Positions 10,947-20,667 of a stretch of DNA of 64,000 nt are shown here, piece after piece (the stretch's first letter is position 1; each line of letters opens with the position of its first letter). The DNA is from Calditrichia bacterium (GTDB lineage: Bacteria; Calditrichota; Calditrichia; JAJRVZ01). The DNA lies in contig CAWCNS010000004.1 of the NCBI GenBank assembly GCA_963796965.1, positions 992,001-1,056,000 on the forward strand, given 5' to 3'. Made by a program: the position numbers and the translations under genes. The notes under the pieces were generated by a model, which saw nothing but the letters and a program-made list of their open reading frames with translations, had not been told where the DNA came from and did not search any database.

Positions 10947-13174
10947 GTGCTGCAAGAACCCGTTGTAGACCTACAACTTGCCCTGGATCATGGATTAAAT
11001 GAAGAAGAGTATGATAAAATATGCGAAACATTAGGTCGTACACCCACTTATACCGAACTTGGTATCTATTCTGTTATGTGGAGTGAACATTGCAGTTATA
11101 AAAACTCACTTTTCTTTTAAAGACGTTCCCAGAAAGGTGAAAATTTATTGGTTGATGCCGGTGAAGAAAATGCAGGTTTGGTTGATATTGGTGATGACTA
11201 TGCTGTCGCCTTTAAGATTGAAAGTCATAACCATCCTTCTGCTGTGGAACCTTACCAGGGGGCGGCAACCGGTGTTGGTGGCATTATGCGCGATATTTTT
11301 ACAATGGGAGCACGACCGATTGCTGGCTTAAATTCTTTGCGGTTTGGACAATTGGATTTACAGAAAAATCGGTATTTATTTGGTGGTGTTGTGAAAGGGA
11401 TTGGAGACTATGGAAATTGCCTGGGTATTCCGACTGTCTCCGGGGAAGTGTATTTTGAAGACTGCTATACGGATAATTGTCTGGTCAATGCGATGACGGT
11501 TGGTGTCGTAAAAAAAGATGGAATAGCCAAAGCCATTGCAAAAAGTGTCTGGTGCATATGTTATATGCAATTGGCTCATCTACCGGCAGGGATGGGATCC
11601 ATGGTGCAACATTTGCAAGTGAAGAATTAAGTGAGGAATCCGAGGAAAAGCGCAGTTCTGTTCAAGTAGGAGATCCTTTTACTGAAAAACTATTGCTTGA
11701 AGCGACATTAGAATTAATTAAGGTTAGATGTTATTGAGGGTATTCAGGATATGGGAGCAGCTGGATTGACCAGTTCCAGTTCAGAAATGAGTGCCAAAAG
11801 CAGATTAGGTATTGAATTAGATCTGGATCAAACTGCATCTGAGAGAGGAGGGAATGATTCCTTATGAAATAATGCTTTCTGAATCGCAGGAACGAATGTT
11901 GGCAATTTGTCAGATTAGGCAAAGAAGAATTATTTGAAGCGGTTTGCCGAAAGTGGGATCTGGATTATACCAAAATTGGTCGCGTAACAGCAGATAAACA
12001 TTTAAAAGTTTATTTTAAAGATAAAGTAGTTGCTAATATTCCCTCTGCAAGTCTTGCTGCAGGGGAAGGTGCACCAGTTTATAAACGAGAATCAAAAAAA
12101 CCAGCTTATCTGGAAGTGTTCAAAAATTATCATCCGATTATCTGGAAGCACCGAAAGATATTAATGAATCATTTAGAAAAGTGTTTACCTCAACCAATAT
12201 AGTCAGTAAACGCTGGGTTTATGAACAATACGACTATATGGTTCGAACCAATACCGTAATTCAGCCGGGTGGTGATGCTGCTGTCGTTAGGATAAAGGGT
12301 ACCGACAAAGCCACTTTCCATGAAAACAGATTGCAATGGGCGCTTTGTTTACCTGGATCCACGACTGGGCGCATCCATTGCTGTGGCTGAATCAGCACGG
12401 AATGTTGTATGTACCGGGGCGAAGCCAGTTGCTGTAACGAATTGTCTCAATTTCGGGAATCCTTATAAACCAGAGGTCTATTGGCAATTTGAGGAAGCCA
12501 TAGCTGGGATGAGTGATTCCTGTCGTGTCCTCGAGACTCCGGTAACCGGGGGAAATGTTAGCTTTTATAATGAAAGTGAAACCTATCAGGTTTACCCAAC
12601 ACCAGTAATCGGAATGATTGGTATTATTGAAGATCTGAGTCATATTACACCTTCCAGTTTTCAGAATGAAGGCGATTTTGTGTATTTGGTTGGTCAAACC
12701 TTTCCAGAAATTGGCGGAAGTGAATTTTTAAAGAAAGAATTCGATGTCGTGATTGGATTACCTCCCAAAATTGATCTTGAAACAGAAAAGAATTCACAGA
12801 ATGCTGTTCTGGAAGCCATACGTGCTGGTCTGGTTCACTCTTGTCATGATATTGCTGATGGCGGCCTTGCTGTGGCTCTAGCGGAATGCTGTATATTGAA
12901 TAGTAAAAAGACATTTGGAATAAAGGCAATTGTGGAATCAGATTTGCCAGAACATCTCTTATTCTTTAGTGAGAGCCAATCCCGATTTATTATTTCTACC
13001 TCAGGTGATAATAAGCAAAAACTTGTAGATCTATTTCAAAAAAATAAAATAATGATCACCCCTCTCGGAGAAGTAGGGGGTGCAGAGTTTTCATTAAATG
13101 AAAAAATTGTTACAGGGGTCGATGATCTTATTGATATGTATTATCAAACCCTGCCAAAGATTATGGATCAATAA
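10947..13174 (+). CDS. purL: Phosphoribosylformylglycinamidine synthase subunit PurL, short form (frameshifted in assembly)
   Basis: GTG start [85 protein letters not shown], spread over several frames. Confidence 0.93.
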
Positions 13175-13320
13175 GCAGGAAGTCTTTATCAAAAAACAAT
13201 ATATGTCTCCTAAAAGGTTTGAACTCTGATCCCATAACCTCTTACCCTAATTTCTTGACTGGTTCACAAAATTATATTTCCTAAAATTCAATCCCCTCAA
13301 TGAATTTCCATAATTGGATC

Positions 13321-13358
13321 TGTACCATATGGTCCGGAACAGTGTACGATATGGTACA
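13321..13358. promoter_or_regulatory. Tandem palindromic activator sites (TGT-N10-ACA type)
   Basis: TGTACCATATGGTCCG (13321-13336) and TGTACGATATGGTACA (13343-13358), 22 bp apart; consensus is the perfect palindrome TGTACCATATGGTACA. Confidence 0.65.
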
Positions 13359-13434
13359 AATATTCCAATATCGCTAAATATGTGAATCCCCATAAAATCA
13401 ATAATAACAAATAGATAAGAAATAAAATAAATAA

Positions 13435-13450
13435 TGGCACAGTACTTGTA
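13435..13450 (+). promoter_or_regulatory. Putative sigma54 (-24/-12) promoter
   Basis: TGGCAC-AGTAC-TTGTA versus consensus TGGCAC-N5-TTGCW, 30 bp before ATG 13481. Confidence 0.6.
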
Positions 13451-13480
13451 ATATGATACATATAAGAAAAAGAGAATAGT

Positions 13481-14990
13481 ATGAAAAGAAGAACACAAAT
13501 AGCGTATCATATTCTGTCTACTGGGAATTTTTGCGTTTGGAAACTTATTCGGGCAAAATAGTGATAATATTTATCGAGAATTCAGACAGCTTGAACTCTA
13601 TATGGTAAAAGTATGGGCGTTAGTAAAGCAATTTGATAATCAAAAGGCTATTGGGTATATGGCATTAGCAAAAACAGAGATTGACAAAGCAAGAGCATCA
13701 CTTTACGGGGGTACACCTAGGATAAATATAGCCAAACTTCATATGGCAAAAGCCTGGCAGTATACAAATCTTGCTGCACGTTTAATTCTCAACCGACCTT
13801 TACAAAATTTAAAGTCACAACTAAATGATCTGATAAATAAGGCAGAGAATGCTGTCGCAACATCCAATAGTGATGAGGCACATTATTTATTAAACCAGGC
13901 AAAAAAATTCCAGCGACTATCCTATACCGCTTTCCAGGCCAACAGACTTAAGCAAGGTGAAGAAGCCTATCGGATATCTTTCTTCTTTGCCAGGAAATGT
14001 CTTGATTTCCTAAGGAACAGCGGACTGAACCTGACTGACCAGTATGAAAATCTGGAAATATCTGTCCGTCAATTGTTAACACAGGCAGAAGAAATCCTGG
14101 GAAATAAAAATAAGAGTCAACTAAATAAATTGGTTAGAGAGGCAAATGATCATTTTGAAGAAGCTAAAGTCATGGCTGATGAAGGAAAGATACAAAAGGC
14201 AATTAGCCGGTTACAATTAGTAAAGCGTTTACTCTATCGTGTTTTTGATCAGGCTGAGAGGGGAGGATCGTCCGAAGATGATCGCCTAAAAAATCATTTT
14301 TATACATTACGAACGTTTCTTGAATCACTCAATGAGGAAATTAGCAGACAGTCAAATCCACGAATGAAAGTCCTGCTTGATAAGTCCTGGCAACTATATA
14401 GAAGTGCAGAACGGGCATATGAAAATGGAAACTACACCAAGGCTCAAGGTGATATCTCCTTAAGTCAAAGATTTGCTAATAAAATATTCAGAATGACCCG
14501 ATCTAATCGAAATCTGCAGGAAGATGAGTTAAAGGCGCAGCTCGATGAAACACAAAATTTGTTGAGGCTTCAAAACGATCGTGTCCAGATGTCTGGTAAT
14601 ACAGGCGTTAAAAAATTATATGAGAATGCTGGACGTCTGCTCTCTGATGCAAATCAGGCATTAAAAAATAATAAACTCAAGGTAGCATACCAGCTAATTC
14701 AAGCTGCGACAAGAATGTCTGCAAGAATTCAAAGAGAGTTACGAGAGTCCTCACTCCAGCTTGATCTTGCCGCCCTGGAACGAAAATATTTACACGTAGT
14801 AAATGCCCTTACAAATCTGGAAAACAACCAGGATATTGCCGAAAGAGCGAGACCTGTTCTTAATCAACTGAGGCAGTTTATTAAGGAAGGTAAAACCTCT
14901 CTCGATAGAGGGAATTATGTGATGGCAGATGAATACTTCAATACAGTTTTGGAACAAATAAATCAATATATAGATAGATGGAAAAAGTAA
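13481..14990 (+). CDS. Secreted all-alpha-helical repeat protein, unknown function (one frameshift near start)
   Basis: The 462-aa ORF extends upstream in frame as RIIFCLLGIFAFGNLFGQNS (signal peptide) and joins ATG 13481 with one indel. Repeated amphipathic helical-hairpin pattern. Confidence 0.75.
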
Positions 14991-15073
14991 CACCCTAAGT
15001 TGCGGTATCCTCAGGGCCCGGGGAGACTTGCATCATAATATTAACCAAATAGAATAGCAACAAGGAGAATACA

Positions 15074-16045
15074 ATGAAGAATTTAGTAATATTTTTTTTA
15101 CTCCCTGCAATGGTCGTTATCTGGGGTTGTAATCAGCAGAACCCGACGGAATCGGTATTGAGCGATGAGCAGATGATAGAGCAGGCCATTGTGGAGATTG
15201 AAACGGATGAATCTGAAGACTTCTTTTATGCAGATGTGGATGAGGAATCAGAAGAGAATTTTGCAGATGCAACAGATGGTTTTCTTGCAAAGCCCATTAT
15301 TCCCTTTCGGTTTGGAAGAGTTCGCCTTCAGCCTGTTGTAAAAGATATTCACATGGTTTTTGATACTGATTCCACGGCTACAGTCTCATTTCGTAAGGTT
15401 GTTCGTGGCAAATTTGTATCGCTGGTTGGTGATAAGACCGAGCTGGATACACTAAAAATATATCGCACTCTACGGCAGATGGGTCATGAGATCCAAAGAA
15501 TCGCACATTTTACCAAGATTGAAGGGAAATGGCGAATGAAAGATGTCTCGATGGCTCTGGGTAATTCACTGGGTTTCGTTGAAACAGAGTCTGAACGTGT
15601 ACATACCACCCTGCAAATAGAAAAAATAATTGTGGAAGCTAATAATGAGATCGTTGAGATTACAGATCCTCTTAACTATTTTCAATCCAGAGAATCTGTG
15701 TTTGCATTTAGAAATGGGACAGAAGTCACTGTTAAAGTTTATGTAAATAACGATACCGACAATCCGGTTTATGTTCCTGCCGGTTCAGAGCAAACAGAGA
15801 TTGTCAGATTGCATCATGCCAGGCATCGTATACGCAGACATCATAAAATAAGATATTTCAAGTATTTAGGCCAGGAAGAAGGAATGAATGTTTACAAGGG
15901 AAATTGGGCTGTCGGGGAATGGCCAGGTATTCACCATGCTGTGATCGATGTCATTGACAATGGAACAATTTTTGACGATGATATTAATACTTATCCCTAT
16001 AATTCTACAACCTGGAGTACACCTTATAAAGTCATGGTTAGATAA
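15074..16045 (+). CDS. Uncharacterised lipoprotein
   Basis: AAGGAG RBS; signal MKNLVIFFLLPAMVVIWG-C (lipobox), then an acidic linker and a beta-rich body. Confidence 0.8.
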   Translation: MKNLVIFFLLPAMVVIWGCNQQNPTESVLSDEQMIEQAIVEIETDESEDFFYADVDEESEENFADATDGFLAKPIIPFRFGRVRLQPVVKDIHMVFDTDSTATVSFRKVVRGKFVSLVGDKTELDTLKIYRTLRQMGHEIQRIAHFTKIEGKWRMKDVSMALGNSLGFVETESERVHTTLQIEKIIVEANNEIVEITDPLNYFQSRESVFAFRNGTEVTVKVYVNNDTDNPVYVPAGSEQTEIVRLHHARHRIRRHHKIRYFKYLGQEEGMNVYKGNWAVGEWPGIHHAVIDVIDNGTIFDDDINTYPYNSTTWSTPYKVMVR

Positions 16046-16062
16046 ATCGATTTTAAATGTGA

Positions 16063-16101
16063 AAAAGCCACATAGTCGAGAGGTTGTGTGGCTTTTCTTT
16101 T
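16063..16101 (+). terminator. Putative intrinsic terminator
   Basis: Stem AAAAGCCACATA / TGTGTGGCTTTT followed by CTTTT. Confidence 0.6.
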
Positions 16102-16105
16102 ATAT

Positions 16106-17650
16106 ATGAAAAAGTATAATTATATACAAATCATTCTGATTGCTTTGCAGCTCTGCTTTCTTAAAGTGGTAAGCGCCCCTGCTCAGAAGGCGGATGAGGT
16201 GGTATCCACAAAGTCAAATTACCAAATGCTCCTCACCCGACTCAAAGTATATATGGATTATTTTGTGATGACAGAAGAAGTAAAAAATCTGTATGCCGAA
16301 TCTATGAAGTATGGGGATGAGGGTGAGTATGAAATCGCAGTAGTCCTCCTTGAAGAAACTATAGATCTTTTAACGATGAACAAAGAGGAAAATCCAGACT
16401 TGTCTCTTACTGCATTTACTCCTGTAGCGAATGAAAATTTTCAGAATTTCAGATTTGCGGTTATGAGCGGTATTGACTATAACCGTCAGGATTTTGAGAT
16501 AGGCTATTCAGGGAATGACAGCACAGTCCGGGAAGAATTTAACAAACCCTATCTGGGACTTTCTGCGGGGTATATTTTTAATCTAAGTCAAGAGACATCT
16601 CTTGAATTTTACAATGCATTTCGATACGATCGGGAAAATATACGTAATGATTATCGTATTCGCTTGCAGGCAGGAAATTCATTTTATGTGCAGTATGCGG
16701 GTTATTGGAATCAGACGAAAATTGAGGACTCCTATTCTTACTGGGAACATGTATTCTCCGCTAAATTGGGAGATAGTGTTGGCCCAAATTTCTTTTGGAC
16801 CATTTATAATTTATTCAATTACAAAACTTACCAGGCCGGGCCATTTACAATAAGGGATTATTATCGCAACAGGCTCGCTGCAATGATAGAATGGCGAGTG
16901 GATTTTTTTGGATTTATAGATGTCGAATATGGAAATGAGAGAAATGAAACATTAAGTTTTGAAGACAATGACTACAATCAACACCACATTCGTGCAGGTA
17001 TTCGTAGTGAAAATATAGATCGTTTTTATCATAATATTTTTGTAGATGTATCTACCCGCGAATATACACTTTTATTAACTGATAGTTTACTCACCAATAC
17101 ATTTGAATCATATGGTCTTGAATTTATTTATGAGGTTTCAATTCTTCCAAAACTTCTAATTACGATTGAAGACAATTTCCTCTACAAAGTATATCAAAAG
17201 AAAAGTTCGATAGAACCTGACTATTATTGGAATATTATCCGACCAGGTTTAAAACTCAGATTAACCAGTGGATTCGAAATTGGTTTCGGTTATGAATGGG
17301 AACTCAAGGAACATAAAAATAATCTATCATACAGTTATAATGTAAGCGAACAGGATTATAGAGCTGATGGTGTATTTAGCCAGATAAATTATTTCTCCGT
17401 CGGAGGAACCTATTTATCGGCCTCTATCAGTTATCAATGGCGAAGATATCCATCTTCAATTACAAATGATTTGTTCAGTCTATATTCTAATCGTAATGTG
17501 TTCTCAACGATGATAATGGCTTATATGCCTCTTTTAAACCATTTAAATCTTAACGCATTTATCACTTATGACAACGATCTGGATATTGATTTTGATCAAC
17601 AAAATAATCAGAGCACAATCTTTACAGTTGAGCTGGAGTATGTCTTTTAG
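16106..17650 (+). CDS. Putative outer-membrane beta-barrel protein
   Basis: Signal peptide from ATG 16106, short helical N-domain, Tyr/Phe/Asn-rich alternating strands, C-terminal beta-signal VELEYVF. Confidence 0.75.
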   Translation: MKKYNYIQIILIALQLCFLKVVSAPAQKADEVVSTKSNYQMLLTRLKVYMDYFVMTEEVKNLYAESMKYGDEGEYEIAVVLLEETIDLLTMNKEENPDLSLTAFTPVANENFQNFRFAVMSGIDYNRQDFEIGYSGNDSTVREEFNKPYLGLSAGYIFNLSQETSLEFYNAFRYDRENIRNDYRIRLQAGNSFYVQYAGYWNQTKIEDSYSYWEHVFSAKLGDSVGPNFFWTIYNLFNYKTYQAGPFTIRDYYRNRLAAMIEWRVDFFGFIDVEYGNERNETLSFEDNDYNQHHIRAGIRSENIDRFYHNIFVDVSTREYTLLLTDSLLTNTFESYGLEFIYEVSILPKLLITIEDNFLYKVYQKKSSIEPDYYWNIIRPGLKLRLTSGFEIGFGYEWELKEHKNNLSYSYNVSEQDYRADGVFSQINYFSVGGTYLSASISYQWRRYPSSITNDLFSLYSNRNVFSTMIMAYMPLLNHLNLNAFITYDNDLDIDFDQQNNQSTIFTVELEYVF

Positions 17651-17789
17651 TTCATTTTGGGTACGCAAATAATTAAGTATTCAATTATCATTCTTATAAA
17701 CTTTGCATTTTTTTAGATACATGAAACTTTTTTTCCATTAAGGCATACAAATATTACAATAAGAGGTTCGCTTTGATGTATAAAATATA

Positions 17790-17872
17790 TTGACAACATA
17801 TGTATTAATACATATATTGCTTCTGTCCTGCATTACTTAGTTGACAAATTTCTTACACTAAAGTTATAACTT
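17790..17872 (+). promoter_or_regulatory. Two tandem sigma70-type promoters with palindromic operators
   Basis: TTGACA(17790)-N17-TATATT, overlapped by the perfect 18-bp palindrome ATATGTATTAATACATAT. TTGACA(17841)-N18-TATAAC, with the -10 inside the palindrome AAGTTATAACTT. Confidence 0.55.
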
Positions 17873-17927
17873 CACATTACTCTTATCATTGTTCTCAAAA
17901 AACACGAAAAAGTCAGTGATAAAAACA

Positions 17928-17954
17928 TAAAGATTTAATCATTTCTGCCGATCC
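17928..17954 (+). promoter_or_regulatory. Putative sigma28 (FliA/WhiG-type) promoter
   Basis: TAAAGATT-N11-GCCGATCC versus consensus TAAAGTTT-N11-GCCGATAA. Confidence 0.65.
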
Positions 17955-18043
17955 TATAGTTGGGTAGCTCCACATTTATAATTTCCAACCAATCCAACTC
18001 GTATTTCAGAAGTGGCAGAAAGATTCTATATATAGGAAACACT

Positions 18044-19213
18044 ATGGACACTGCTAATTTACATGTATTATCCACATATCTTAAAAAATGGTCTTACCAT
18101 GATAACAGGCTCAGTATATCTTATTCATATTTTACAGAACTGGGTTATGGGAGGCAATTTATTGATATGCGTATCAATTCACCTCAGAATATGGCAAATG
18201 AATTTCTAAACCGTGCTGTGCATAAAGTTAAAGAGAACTATTTGAATTCTGATCAGGTATCATCGGACTTTTCGGTACGATTGATTAACGAAACTGAAAC
18301 GCAACGTAAACTAAATATATTTCTATCAAAAATCCTTAAAGAATTTAATACCAATAAACGTTCGCGCGGGCGGGTCAGGATGATATCAAGTCGGAGTATG
18401 GACTTTTATTATAATGATTTTGAATATGAACCTCTGACTGATCATGAAAAATTCTATGTCCATTTAAACCGTGGCGTCAACAAAATGAATGGTGATTTAT
18501 GGGCAGCAGCCGTGGAAGATTTAAAAATCGCCATTTCTTTTAATGCCGATGATCCCCAAACAAATAAATATATGGCTGAGGCTCTGATTAAAAACAAAAA
18601 AGCTGAGGAGGCTCTACCTTTCCTGGAAAAGTATGCAGAAAATGCCAAGTCTCTGGAAAGCTATAATGATCTTGCACATGCTTATATAAAGATTGAAAAA
18701 TTTAAAGAAGCAGAAAAAGTTCTTGCAAAGATGAAATCACTCAAAGCCAATGAGCTACAAGTTAAAGTTCTTCAGGCCCAGATTAATTACCTGCAGAGTA
18801 AACAGTATTTTAATCAACTCGATAAAATTAAAGAGATTGATGAAGAATGGCTGATATCTTACTTAAAGAACTCATGGGAATATAATTTACCAGGCTACAA
18901 CAAGCGAGAGTCAAATATGTGGAATGCTGCTACGGCATCTCGTTATCTTGGTTATGACAGGCCTTTTGATCTTACTAAAAAGGCATTTAATGACGAACTT
19001 CCATGCTATTTTGATTCTGATCGTGGTACCATACGATTTGTAAAAGAGGAATTGGATCAATGGGTTGAAATTCAAAATCGTTATAGTATTGATGGCTTGG
19101 ATTATCGCGTTTATGAAGACCGTCTGAGCGTTGATGAATTGAATATTGGAAATGCACAAGGTAGGAAAAAGAAGAAATCAAAACTTACCGAAGGTAAGGG
19201 CGCTGTCGCTTAA
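18044..19213 (+). CDS. TPR-repeat protein with C-terminal excisionase-like (HTH_17) DNA-binding domain
   Basis: ATG after AGGA. TPR helices (HLNRGV..AVEDLKIAI..; YNDLAHAYIK..EAEKVL). C-terminal WNAATASRYLG..ELPC..GTIRFVKEELDQWVE. Confidence 0.7.
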   Translation: MDTANLHVLSTYLKKWSYHDNRLSISYSYFTELGYGRQFIDMRINSPQNMANEFLNRAVHKVKENYLNSDQVSSDFSVRLINETETQRKLNIFLSKILKEFNTNKRSRGRVRMISSRSMDFYYNDFEYEPLTDHEKFYVHLNRGVNKMNGDLWAAAVEDLKIAISFNADDPQTNKYMAEALIKNKKAEEALPFLEKYAENAKSLESYNDLAHAYIKIEKFKEAEKVLAKMKSLKANELQVKVLQAQINYLQSKQYFNQLDKIKEIDEEWLISYLKNSWEYNLPGYNKRESNMWNAATASRYLGYDRPFDLTKKAFNDELPCYFDSDRGTIRFVKEELDQWVEIQNRYSIDGLDYRVYEDRLSVDELNIGNAQGRKKKKSKLTEGKGAVA

Positions 19214-19245
19214 AATCGGTAAAGGACTATTTTAAATCCTCTTAT

Positions 19246-20667
19246 ATGCACACCTCTGGGAATAATCTTCTCTTAATCAATCCCTGGATCTATGATTTTG
19301 CTGCATACGATCTATGGAGCCAACCACTTGGATTGCTTTATATTGCATCTTATCTCCGACGAGCAGGTTACCAGATATCGTATTTAGACTGTTTGAGATC
19401 GGATAATAACCTTGAGGAAAAGAAACCCTCTCGCTACGGCCGGGGGACTTATCGTCGCGAGATTGTTACACCGCCAAAGATTATATCTCATATTCCACGA
19501 AGGTATGCACGCTATGGGATATCAATTGAAAGATTTATGTCCCGACTGGATAATACGCAAACACCTGATGCAATACTTATCACTTCTTTGATGACCTACT
19601 GGTATCCCGGTCCTAAACTTGTTGTCGACTTAGTACGGAAAAAATTTCCTGGTGTACCGATAATTCTGGGAGGTATTTATGCATCCCTACTACCCGATCA
19701 TGCAGAAAAAGAAATTCAACCTGACTATCTTATTCAGGGACCTGGAGAAGAAAAAGTACTTCACCTATTAAACAATATCCTTGATTTTACTCCTACCGAA
19801 ATTGGATTAGATGGAGATCTGGATTTACGACCTTATCCTGCATTTGATCTGATTAAAAGTCCCCGATACCTATGTCTTATGACCACACGGGGCTGTCCTT
19901 TCGATTGTTCATTTTGTGCACAAAAACAGATCGCTATGAATTATGCATCCCGCAATCCAGATAATGTGGTGCAGGAAATCATTGACCAGTATAGGTATTT
20001 TAAAATCAGAGATTTTGTGTTTTACGATGATGCACTTTTCATAAAAAAAGAAAACCATATAAAACCTATACTAAGGGAGATTATTCATTTACATTTGCCA
20101 CTCCGTTTCCACACACCAAATGGTTTATTTGCCCGGGAAATTGATGAGGAATTGGCTGAACTCATGTTCAAAGCAAATTTTAAGACCATTCGTTTAAGTT
20201 TTGAAACAGCCAATGAGGACCGTCGTGAAGATATGAGTAACAAAATTTCAAATCAGGGAATGCGTGAAGCAATAAAAAATCTTTTGAAAGCAGGTTATAA
20301 AGCAAATGAAATTGACTCCTATATCATCATGGGGCTTCCTGGGCAGAAGCTGGAAGAGATTCTGCAAAGCATGATTTTTATAAATAATCTCGGCGTTCGG
20401 ATTAGTTTATCATCATATTCTCCCATCCCGGGTACATTAGATTTCAGCCGGGCAGTTAATTCCGGGTTAATTTCTGAGAATATTGATCCTTTATTAACAA
20501 ATAAAACCCTGTTTCCCTTAAAAAGCAATGAACTAGATTATGAAACATTTCGTAATCTTCGTATTTTTGGAGAGTTGCTGAACAAAGGTGCGGAGAAAAA
20601 GTTTGCTCCTTTTGGTGATCTGAAAATTGGTGAAAGTTTGAAGACAGTTTTAAGAGAGATATTTTGA
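19246..20667 (+). CDS. B12-binding-domain radical SAM protein
   Basis: LLINP..PLGLLYIAS, IILGGIYAS, TRGCPFDCSFC (CxxxCxxC), FYDD. Confidence 0.9.
   Translation: MHTSGNNLLLINPWIYDFAAYDLWSQPLGLLYIASYLRRAGYQISYLDCLRSDNNLEEKKPSRYGRGTYRREIVTPPKIISHIPRRYARYGISIERFMSRLDNTQTPDAILITSLMTYWYPGPKLVVDLVRKKFPGVPIILGGIYASLLPDHAEKEIQPDYLIQGPGEEKVLHLLNNILDFTPTEIGLDGDLDLRPYPAFDLIKSPRYLCLMTTRGCPFDCSFCAQKQIAMNYASRNPDNVVQEIIDQYRYFKIRDFVFYDDALFIKKENHIKPILREIIHLHLPLRFHTPNGLFAREIDEELAELMFKANFKTIRLSFETANEDRREDMSNKISNQGMREAIKNLLKAGYKANEIDSYIIMGLPGQKLEEILQSMIFINNLGVRISLSSYSPIPGTLDFSRAVNSGLISENIDPLLTNKTLFPLKSNELDYETFRNLRIFGELLNKGAEKKFAPFGDLKIGESLKTVLREIF

Noticed and set aside
10750..11043. 97-aa minus-strand ORF
   Set aside because: It is a translation of the inverted-repeat element (LCVLASLRE, SQRRKD) plus antisense purL; not a credible gene.
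10947..13174. purL (and OPT, POT, acnA) as pseudogenes
   Set aside because: Catalytic motifs are intact and the indels cluster regionally, which fits sequencing error better than decay.
13247..13510. 87-aa minus-strand ORF over the sigma54 promoter region
   Set aside because: Low-complexity AT-rich translation with no motif; the region is better explained as regulatory DNA.
17960..18043. TTG-started N-terminal extension of the TPR-HTH protein
   Set aside because: ATG 18044 has an AGGA RBS, and the TTG would sit at about the predicted sigma28 transcription start.
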